Source of the DNA: Octopus sinensis
Lineage: Eukaryota
NCBI RefSeq assembly: GCF_006345805.1
Contig: NC_042997.1
Location: forward strand, 37,510,001-37,574,000
Length of the DNA stretch: 64,000 bases
Reading direction: 5' to 3'
The stretch's first letter is position 1, and each line of letters opens with the position of its first letter. The notes under the pieces were generated by a model. That model saw nothing but the letters and a program-made list of their open reading frames with translations, ran no database searches and was not told the origin of the DNA. The position numbers and the translations under genes are program-made. Of this stretch, positions 52,761 through 64,000 are shown in pieces.

Positions 52761-52933
52761 CATACACATTTGTGTGTGTGCATGTTATATATATATGTGT
52801 GTGTGAGTATACACACACACGTGCATACAAACATAGATATAATCATATATTACAGAGGAAGAAGTACGTAATTATAAGTTTACAGCATAAAACTTACAGT
52901 GCGGAGTCAATTAAAGAGGGGGACAGGCAGTTT

Positions 52934-53015
<82 letters not shown>
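52934..53015. repeat. (GATA)n microsatellite
   Basis: Seen directly. Confidence 0.95.
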
Positions 53016-54530
53016 CACACAGAAAGACAGACAGATAGATAAGTACGTGTACACAGAGAGACAACATATAATTGGGGATACCTTTAATATTTTAATCAAG
53101 TTGAGGTGAAAAGTAACTGTATAGTATCATTTGATATAAAGTTAATTACGGAAATTAATGCTCCAAGTTATTATCTCATCGCGGTCGGCTTTGACTTTAA
53201 TCATTCCGAGGGTGAAGAAATATTTTGACTTAATCGCTTACGCCGTTCTATACAGCGTGTTGCCATTAATCTATGTTAGATTTTGATAAGTAACATTATT
53301 ATTATTATTATGAATGTTTTCAAACGCTTGAAAATTGTTCTTGGCTGCAATATAATTTGATATATATTTATCTGAGTCCTTCATCAGAGGAAATACAGTG
53401 CGGTTATTCGTATGTAATTGACAGCATTTATTGATTAAGCAAATGTAGCTGAGTTTTAATCTAAACATACGATATTTTTATCAAAATAAACATAGCATAT
53501 TAAATGTGTGTGGCGGAGTCTATACACACACACACATACACAGGCATACACATACACGCACACACACGCACGCACACACAAACACACACATATACATAAT
53601 CTCCTGATATATTATATAACAATTTAATTAATAAAATATATTTGATTTAAAGGGTTAAACTAAATAGTATATTATTAAAATATTTTGGAACAATTTAAAA
53701 TAAACGCAGTATGATATTAAAGAAATTGACAACACTGTTGATTTATTAATACGGAATAAGTTTGTATTCAGCAAGAAAAAAACGGTTATATATTTACTTT
53801 ACGAATATTTGCTTATTACATGTATACTGGTTTACCTTACAACATATAGCATTTCTTTTAATTATTTTGCTGAGATCCTCAGCCATGTCATATTCTTTTT
53901 TTTTTTTTTTGGTTAATATATATGATGAATGGTTTAATTTACGGAATAGCTATAAAACAGTTGTCATTTATATTGAAACATTCCCGAATTATGTTTATGA
54001 AATAATCATTTAAACAAACAATGACTAATATATCGAAGCCTTGTATTAATAAACTATGCTATTATAAACTACACTATGAATAAACTGTGACATTAAGGCA
54101 TTCAACAACAATACTTATTACAGATAAGGAAAAGAACAATTGGAAAATCATTAATAGCAACGAAGTGTGCAAACACGATTGTCAAGAGTCGCCATTAATC
54201 ACTATGTTAATATTCTGCATATAACATAAGTATTTTGCAACGTGATGAATTAATTAATGATTTGTGGTAAAATAATGAAACGCCGAACGTATATATTCAT
54301 CGTAGATTGTATATGCATGATCTTTGTTATGCATTCAACATTGAGCTCTGAATTAGTCATTTTAATAATACCTTATTTTGATACTTGATACTTGGGATAT
54401 TTCAGTACGCTGAAAAATTCTCACTCCTTTATCATTAATCTATTTAGGAATAGCAGCTTTTAGCGTGTAAAAAATAACTGTCTTTCTATTAACACGATGT
54501 TATATATATATATATATGTATGTTTGTATA

Positions 54531-55614
54531 TCACCTTCACCTTCACCGACCAGTCCGTCGGGCGTCCATTTGACACCGTTGGTCACAACACGCTGTCCAG
54601 TCCTCTCTGGATCGCGCCTTTTTCATCCACATGATCCCAATCGTCCTCCTGAAGTCGTAACTCCACTGTCGTGGAGGCCTTCCGGGTGGTCGTTTCCGAT
54701 CGCGCGGGTACCACTCGACAACTGCGCGGGTACACCGATTATCGGTGAGCTGGGCGACGTGTCCAGCCCATATAAACTTGCTGCGTGTATACTCTGCGAT
54801 GGCATCTCTCACACCGGACTTCTTTCTGATGATCTCGCTATTGATGTGCTCTCTCAACGAGATACCAAGCATTGACCTTTCCATGACTCTTTGAGCCGTT
54901 ACCAGTCTCTGCTCTTCTCTCTTTGTTGTAGCCCACGTTTCACTACCATATAACATTGCAGGTAGAACTGTACTGTTGATGAGGTTGGCGCGGGTGGTCC
55001 TGTCCAACATTCCCTTCAGCACATCCCTTATGCAATTAAACGCCTTTCTTCCGGCCCTTACTCTCCGTGAGATCTCCTTTTTGATATCACGGCACATATT
55101 CACTTCCTGTCCCAGGTAGACATATTCCTTTACCTCCTCTATTTCATCACTGCCGATCACCATTCGACCTGTTGGTACGCTGTCTGACCGCATGAACTTT
55201 GTTTTCATGCGGTTCATCTTGATACTTACTGCAGAGCTTTTGATGTCGAGCTCCGTCAGCATGGTCTCAAGCTGATCTGTGGTTTTAGCGATAAGTATGT
55301 TTGTAGACTATGAGAAGACCTTCGATAGCGTCGAAACCAACGCAGTGCTGAACTCGCTGGAGAAGCAAGGAGTCGAGGTGCAATATGTGCAACTGCTCAG
55401 GGAGGCAAATTCCGGATGCACCACCGACATCGCTCTGCTGTCATCACCCGTACGAGTTCAGGTCAAGAAGAGAGTGAAGCAAGGAGATACGACCTCCCCA
55501 AATCTTTTCACTGCATATCTCGTGCAGATCATCACACGCATCGACTGGCAAGGCGGTGTCCACATCAATGGCGAGCTCCTCACCCACCTCCGTTTCGCTG
55601 ACGACATCGTACTC
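54531..55614 (-). mobile_element. RTE-clade LINE, 5'-truncated with a 5' inversion
   Basis: Minus segment 54531-55296: LIAKTT..YVYLGQ..VLPAMLYGSETW..WAGHV..RPPGRPP, with a (tgaagg)n tail. Plus segment 55297-55614: FVDYEKTFDSV..KQGDTTSP..LRFADDIVL. Candidate TSD atgtttgt. Confidence 0.92.
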
Positions 55615-56696
55615 ATGTTTGTGTATATATACATATACATATGCATCTAGTATATTTGCATATTAATCTACAGATGTAGTTCCATTGAATTATTATCTAT
55701 ACTCCATGAAGAACTTTATATGGAAAATAAATAATGTGAGTGTACATGCATATATACACATATATATGCATGTATATATATGTGTATATATTTATATGTA
55801 TACACACATATGATATATATATATATACATACATAAATACATACATACATACATACATACATACATACATACATACATACATACATACATACATACATGT
55901 ATAAGTACACGCATAGTGTCTTTGAATTATTTAATCTCTAAACAGTTCTATACAATTTCAATGTATAACTCTGGGGATGTTTCCGTTATATATGTATCAC
56001 AATCTTGTAAAATTTCACTATTTTGAACTCCAAAATTTATTTTGCCACAGTTTTCAGATTGTGTGGATGATTTATATTAAAGCTGCCCTCGGGTTTTTGT
56101 CATCCAGATATAGCCCAATGGAATATTTGTGCATGCATACTTCAGTATACCCACTCATATATACACATACATATATATCTATATATAGCGGTGTGCGCAT
56201 GGCTGTACATGTAGGGTGGTATCAGTTTGTAGATACGCATAGATTTCGAACTACAAAATGCGTGTAAATCAATGTATTGAGAAGCTTTGACTGACACTAA
56301 AGATATATTACTTCCCCATAAACCCTGGATAGATACCAGATATTAGTGTCCATATTTTTCGAATATAGCTTATGGTTTATTACAAAGCAATGAAGATCGA
56401 TAGTAATATTTCAAAAAGTAGTGCATAAATTTTATTATACAAAATTGGTCACATATTTCAATCGTATACACTTCAGTATATATAATACCAATTATTTTCT
56501 AAATCATATTTAGAGCATTAGTGCTTATATTTTCATATCCCTACAAAAAATGTCATAATGATAGAAAACTACAAGTCCTTCACAAAACAACTGACTATAA
56601 TGTATAGCAACAGCTTCTCTCAATTATTTCTGTCTCGTCCAACTGCTCTTTTAATGTGAATATGTATGTATGTATGTATGTATGTAGGTATGTATG

Positions 56697-56727
<31 letters not shown>

Positions 56728-57270
56728 GTATGTATGTATGTATATATGTATGTATGCATTTATATATGTATGTATGTTTAATTGTATATATAAATATATA
56801 TATTTACATACATGCATAGTATATCTATACATATAAATATATAAATATCTATACGTATACATATAAATACATATGTATGTTTGTGTGTGTGTGTGTGTGT
56901 GTGTGGTAACATACTCATTTTTTGAATACGGGTATTATTAAATTAATGTTAGCTTTGTTTCAAGAAAAAGTCATAAGCAGGCAATATTCCAGTGAAATTA
57001 ATCAGTTCTGGGCGAAAGCAGTGCTCTAGTGAATATATCCTGCATTAAAAAATAACTCCGTACTGATAATTTAATTACATTGTCCATTGATCTAGCTTTA
57101 ATGATATGTTTTCTAGTTTATGTCTCTATAATTCCTGAAACGGAAATCAGAGACTTTTCTTTAGAGAAATAACTTCTCTTTTAAACTATGTTTTTTAAAG
57201 AAATTATCTGAAGGTGACTTTCTAAAGAACACACAAGTTACAAGCATGAAATACCAGATAGAAACACTTA

Positions 57271-57420
57271 CTGTGTGGTAAGTAGCTTGCTAACCAACCA
57301 CATGGTTCCGGGTTCAGTCCCACTGCGTGGCATCTTGGGCAAGTGTTTTCTACTATAGCCCCGGGCCGACCAATGCCTTGTGAGTGGATTTGGTAGACGG
57401 AAACTGAAAGAAGCCTGTCG

Positions 57421-57480
<60 letters not shown>

Positions 57481-57701
57481 TGTGTTTGTGTGTCTATGTT
57501 TGTTCCCCTAGCATTGCTTGACAACCGATGCTGGTGTGTTTACGTCCCCGTCACTTAGCGGTTCGGCAAAAGAGAACGATAGAATAAGTACTGGGCTTAC
57601 AAAAAGAATAAGTCCCGGGGTCGAGTTGCTCGACTAAAGGCGGTGCTCCAGCATGGCCGCAGTCAAATGACTGAAACAAGTAAAAGAGTAAAAGAGTAAA
57701 A
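57271..57701 (+). mobile_element. tRNA-derived SINE (family of 19250-19659)
   Basis: High identity to the reverse complement of 19250-19659, with internal TA/GT microsatellite and (gagtaaaa)n tail. Confidence 0.9.
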
Positions 57702-57854
57702 GAGAGAGAGATAAAATGTACGTACACAACATTACTCATAATGTATAAATTATCATCCACATCCGAATGACTCTGCACAAGCCACTAAACATTCATTCGG
57801 ACACTCATATACACATACATAAACGCATATATATATATACACACATACGTACAC

Positions 57855-57856
57855 AC

Positions 57857-57946
<90 letters not shown>

Positions 57947-57955
57947 GGATAGATC
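57855..57955. repeat. (GATA)n microsatellite
   Basis: Seen directly. Confidence 0.95.
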
Positions 57956-59748
57956 CAAATTAAGAGATAAAACAAGTAAAATCCAAGCTATAAATGTTTC
58001 TGAGCGAGGAGATCCTCTAACGTAACATTTACTCAAGGAGAGGTATTAGATAGCCATTCATCAAGCTGAAGATATCTTAATTATATGAAGTTGCATTGTC
58101 GTTCGAAGGTTACGTTGTCAACTCCTCGAAGATGTCATTTGGGTTTTTATTCGCATTCATAGCAATTGCATTTGCTAACCCTGTGATATACTAAATGATT
58201 TTAGCTTATCGAACTTCGATATGCGAGAAGCCTACAACCTTCTAATTCAATAAACTATTGTGGTTCGCGAGGGTTGTATTTTAGACCTACCACCGACTGC
58301 TCGGAGCTTTGAAAATTCCGACACTTAGATCACTGGATCTTATAATTGCATATATATATATATATATATATGGGGGGGGGGGTTATTAAGTTCTAGTAAC
58401 GTACATCAATCGCGCATAAACATAGTATGACTTCTTTTTATATTCCGAATTTGATACCCACTAGAATCTCGGAAAGCTCCCTACACAGTGACAATTGTTA
58501 AAACACATGAATGTCAAAGAGTAAGGTAAGTTGTCGCCCCTGGTCTATAACATTCAGGTGTTCATTAACATTCAGCGTTGTATAGGGAACTTTTTCAGAC
58601 GCTATCCCGCAGCAACTTCGGCGTATAAACACAAAAAAGTTGTACGTATGATCGACAATGCTTATATAAATGTGTATGTATGTGTGTGTGTGTCTGTATG
58701 TGTGTGCGTGAGTGTGTCATTTATCACCTGTTGTTTGGAAATGCAAATATTTCAGCAACTTTCGGAACTATTGCCTACCCAAACTATGCTAAAGAACTTT
58801 GTGGCTGTACAAGATGGTCTATATTATATCTACCCATGCCGCAACACCCTTATTTTTCAACGTTGACTATGCAAATGACATTAATTAATTTGTATACATA
58901 ACCTTTTCATCCATTCGATGACTATTTCACTTTCATGCTTACTGATGGATTGTTGTTATCTCCTTCAGTTTAAACTTCCTTTAACATGCTTCTGCGCCAA
59001 TTGGTGAAGTATTTAGGTGCTCGCATTACTGGATCCGGTATTTCATTTTTCTTTTTTGCGAACCGAAAGCCAGCCAGATTTGATGTAGAAAATCTCTTCA
59101 GAAACAAAGCAATATTCCGCCCCTATTGCAAGCACCAGACACCTCCATGTTCACATTGCATGTCATTTCCTCGGCTTTTCGTATTTTGAAATACTTTCCA
59201 CATATTCCCTTCACGTGACTTTTCCAAACTAACTTCTACTGAACATCCAGAATAAGCGGGCCATCTCATGAAATTAAGGCGTTGATTTGTTTTTGAAATA
59301 TGGCTTCGATATACGATGATGCCCTTCGAATCCTATTGCATCTTCCACTCGTTCACACATTCAGAAATCTACCTTTCGAGTTTCCTTTACTCACTAATGT
59401 TTTCATCTCCCGTCCACATCTTGAAGAAAACTTCAGGGAGCAACTGAACAAATTTTTGCTAATTCTCGTTAGTTCAGAAACAGAAAACAACTTCGTCCTT
59501 TTACTCGTAATATTAACTCCAGCAAAACTATTTTTAGTGCAGCAATAATGATATGCAATACTTCGGCAAGTCTTCAGGCATATTTTACAACTGATGTCTC
59601 TTACATAATCTATCGTATCTGCTTTTCGTTGAATGTGTCATTCCAACAGTGTGCATGATGGAAGCATAACGCATTCCAGTCTCAGGAGGAATTTTATAGT
59701 GTGGCCAACTCCACTGATCTCTGTATGTTAAATTTTTAATTTTCCCCC

Positions 59749-59814
<66 letters not shown>

Positions 59815-61429
59815 GTTTCTTGCACAAAAATATACATTGCAATCATTAGACAAATTTGTATTGCATCCGCTGTTTTATGTAACCTACAACTAAAACTAGG
59901 CGACAAAAAGCAGATGTTATAACGTTTTAACTCTCGATATAATAAGCCGATCTTATTTTGCATTATATCAAGTACCAGTCATTGCGCATCATAGATGGCA
60001 TTATATGAAACTGCCGTAAAGAGAATAATAAATAATGAAACTTAAGGCGACTCGTAATTAACATGTTTTGTGATAGTTTTGTGATAGTCTTATGATAGTC
60101 CTGTGTTGGAATAATTTTGTGTTGTAAATTGTTTGAAAGATCAGTTTTTGTGGAGCAATTTCTTTCAATCTCAGGCTTTCATTATAATATCCATCTTCTT
60201 AACATTGCTGTTTTGACTACACAATTATCTATGCTGTAATTCGTCCTTCGGCATGCGAATGCTGAAAGAAATTCAAGGAAACTTCGTGCTATTGTTTATA
60301 TGACAAGGTTAATTTGTTCAATGTATTTTTCCTAACACATACGCTGACAATGTAGTTTTATTCATAGTGTGTGAGACAGTAATTTTGGATAATTTGGAGT
60401 TTGCCTATAAGGACTAACGTTTTGAATCGAAATTAAATTATAAACCTGCGGTGATATCTAATAATACTTCTGTGGGCATGGGTGGCGATTATTTCTGTGG
60501 CGAAGGTTTGAGAATAAATAGTAGATAGTGCGAACAGTTTTGCTGCAAGTGATAAATGTAATTTAATCGTTTATTTTCACAATTAAAAGTGTATGTTCAT
60601 AAAAAATTACTCTTCTAATTGCATCTTTATCAACTGCCGGCATTACATTTCAAATCAAACGGGAGATACCCCACACATACTCTTAGACGTTTATTTACTG
60701 CAGCGTGTTAGTAATTTCATTTAAATGCTATGATATATAGATATATTCAAAAACATGAATGAGTGTATTTTCTTCATTTCTATTCTTAGAACCCATTCGC
60801 AAAATTTTCACGCTAAGATTATCCCTTTTTTCTTGCTATTCTCTCCCAGACACCAATCTTAAGTACTTACTTTTTTCTCTTCTCTCCTCCCTTTCTTTCT
60901 TATTATGACTTTGGTTATCTCACACTACAGTGACGAGAAGTTACAAAATACTTTATAAACCATCGGAAAATGTGTCTCCCAACGGCATATTGACTTCCAT
61001 GAAAACAATTATTCTTTAAAAAATGTAAAAATAAACATAAATGTGTGTTCATGAGTATCTGTATGTAGGCGTACGCTTTAATAAATTCAATTAGAAAGAC
61101 AATCCTACACATCATATTTTCAAAATAAAGTGCACATGAGAGTAAGAGGCATGTCAACTGAAAGTGGGTTCAGCTGCTTCATAGAGTTTACAGTCTCTGT
61201 TATAGAATAATTATACTGACATCAATAACTTGCATATAAATTTCATCATTATAATTTAATAATTACAAACCGATAATCCTCGGGAGCCACAGCGTAGCTT
61301 TAAGTGCAATATTTGAATTTATTGTCGAAATCCTGTATCTCATTACTTCACTTTGATAATACTCCAATAAAGAAATTTTAAATTTAACTGTATGTTATCA
61401 AGCATTCGTGGTTATACAAGTGAAATATT

Positions 61430-61477
61430 AAGCTCACATATACATACATGTATATATGTATGTGTGTGTATTTATAA

Positions 61478-61544
<67 letters not shown>

Positions 61545-61724
61545 ATATATATATATATATTATATATGTACACACACACATATATAACCACATGTATATA
61601 ACCTTACGGGTACATATATATGTGTGTGTGTGTATGCATAACCATAGGGGTACAGATATATGTATGTATATGTGTGTATGTATGTATATATATATGTAGA
61701 TGTATATATGTATATACATATATA

Positions 61725-61767
<43 letters not shown>

Positions 61768-61810
61768 CATATATATATATACATATGTATATATAAATAT
61801 GTATACATAT

Positions 61811-61859
<49 letters not shown>

Positions 61860-61860
61860 C
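61430..61860. repeat. (TA)n/(TG)n compound microsatellite
   Basis: Seen directly. Confidence 0.9.
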
Positions 61861-62759
61861 CTAGAAATAACAGTAAAAACTAATTTTTGAAATCGCCGAC
61901 AAAAACACTGACAATAATTACAGAAAACAACAGTCTGCGAGATTGCGAGCTAAGAAAATATTTCAACATACTGGTAAAATATGCATCTATATATTGTCTA
62001 GTATTTGGACACATGTGGACCGTTTTCGGGACTGGCATTATAGCATCACCTTTCCCATAATTTACTACCACGACGAAAAAATTCACCAACCCTTCACTTT
62101 GAAGTCTGCAATGCAACTGATTTGTTTCGCGCCAAATCTTAGCAGTCTCAGTGTGTAAAATACAATTCTAATACGGAGCAAATAGTTCAGCAGAAAATAT
62201 TTGCGAAGATACCATTAACTCTATTATTATCTAGGATAAAAGTCATTAAGAATGATATTAAAATAATAATATAGCCTAATGACTGAAACAAATAAATGGT
62301 GAAAGATATGTATAGACATGCATGTACATATTGACTCATACATTCTTACATACAGAACCTATAGTATATGCGTGTGCGCACGCCTGCGTGTCTTTGTAGA
62401 ATACGTGCGTTATTCGAAAACAAATTTGGTAATTAAATAGGACAACTCTAAAATAACAAAAATCAAACGGATAAATTTGTGCACTTCCTCTGATTAAGCT
62501 TACTTGGTTTATTATTCAATAGATGTGTCTTTGGCGTCAATAACTGACAACGCATGGAGGAGGTGGTGTCCAATAATGAATATAAATATTTGTCTGGACA
62601 ATTCGGCCCCCAGAAATGACCGTAGGACTTTTAATGCTCGAACCGTTTATATTTTACACTTTTTGGGGGACTCTTAACTTTCTATCTAATTCTATGATAT
62701 CGTTTTTATTCTATAAATCGGATTATACATACATACATACATACATACATGTATATATA

Positions 62760-62849
<90 letters not shown>

Positions 62850-63509
62850 TGCTTTTATATATTTATGTATTTGGCGAGTCTGTTTTCACGTTTTTGAGTT
62901 CAAATTTCGTCGAGGTCTACTTCGACATAAAGGTGGTGCTGAAACAATTAAAAGAGTAAAAGAGCGACGAGTCAAAATATTTTTACTATACTTATATATC
63001 CATATATTTTTAATATGTTTGATGTTTTAAAGAAGTCTTTAAAAATTAATACACATCGACTGTACGGCTGAATGTATGTATTATTATATGTGAATTGACT
63101 TTCCTAATTTTGTGTCAGTATTTGTGCCTCACCATAACTTGAAAACTGATGCTGGTACGTTTACGTTCCAGTAACATAGCAATTCGGCAAATCGAGCCAA
63201 CAATATTAGTATTGGGGCCGTTTCGTTTGACTAATATTCGTCAAGGCGGTTTCACAACACGGCTGCAGTCTAATAACAAAAACATTAAAAGAAAAGATAA
63301 AAGAAACAGGATTTTCAGTTCAAAAAATAGAATATTAATTTTGCGTACATTCGAGTAAAATATCGATCAGTTTCCAATGAAGCCACTGATGTAGATCCAC
63401 ACTCATAACTATAACAAAGGCAGGAAGAAATAGACAAATATATTCACAATTATTTACAAGTATTTTCAAACATATTTAGCACAGTTCACTTCCTTTTTTC
63501 ATTGTTCAG

Positions 63510-63790
63510 TATTCAGTCGCACTGCGTGGGGCCTTGGCCAAGTATCTTCTACTATAGCCTCCAGTCGTCCAAAGCCTTGTGAGTGATATTGATTTTAAAT
63601 CTTGGCTCAAGGCCAGCAACTCCGAGGATTATCTCGATCCCAGAGCTCGACTGGTATCTGTTTTATCGACCCCAAAAGGATGAAAGGCAAAGTCGATCTC
63701 GGCGGAATTTGAACTCAGAACGTAAAGACGGACGAAATGCCGCTAAGCATTGGCACAGAGTGCTACTGATGCTGCTAGTTCACCGCCTTC
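63510..63790. mobile_element. Two abutting SINE fragments: + strand piece of the 57271 family (~63510-63585), then a minus-strand tRNA-headed SINE (~63595-63790)
   Basis: ttcagtcgcactgcgtgg..aagccttgtgagtga, then gtcgatctcggcggaatttgaactcagaac, which is shared with 7017-7046. Confidence 0.72.
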
Positions 63791-64000
63791 TTTAGAACAC
63801 ATATAGAGATACATTTTTTTTATATATGTGTATGAAGCAAATAACATTTTTTCGATGCTATTCTGCGAATATCTACTTCTGATATTTGTAGTAATAAATT
63901 TTCAACTTTAACACATGTAGACAACCAGTCAAGTTTATATTAAATTGATGATATTTTCCTTAGGCATAGTAGACATATTGATTGTGGTGAAGTCATTTTA

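Noticed and set aside
58980-59600. Higher-complexity segment with ~75-82-codon open frames on both strands and a GTGAGT donor-like site
   Set aside because: No recognisable domain or supporting exon structure. RNA-seq or TBLASTX would be needed.

Overview
AT-rich eukaryotic, repeat-dominated DNA with no intact host gene. The SINE families and microsatellite density resemble an octopus/cephalopod genome (recognition-based inference, not a database hit). Contents: a near-complete but disabled CR1/L2-group LINE, Tx1/L1, RTE and Penelope-like (PLE) fragments, Helitrons (helicase relic and non-autonomous copies), a decayed mariner, a Gypsy gag relic, a TRIM-like LTR element, tRNA-derived SINEs, a 4.2-kb A-tract satellite and many microsatellites. 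Most long ORFs in the supplied track are microsatellite or satellite translations. The most notable observations: a consensus type I hammerhead ribozyme at 41431-41523 inside a 41.4-44 kb cluster of fold-back/PLE structures; a 424-bp inverted copy of host DNA bracketing the LINE; an LTR element whose 5' LTR is replaced by the satellite at a 7-bp microhomology; an RTE insertion with twin-priming geometry; a Helitron with its empty site visible in a paralogous copy; and a possible host exon with a homopolymer frameshift at 2263-2522.
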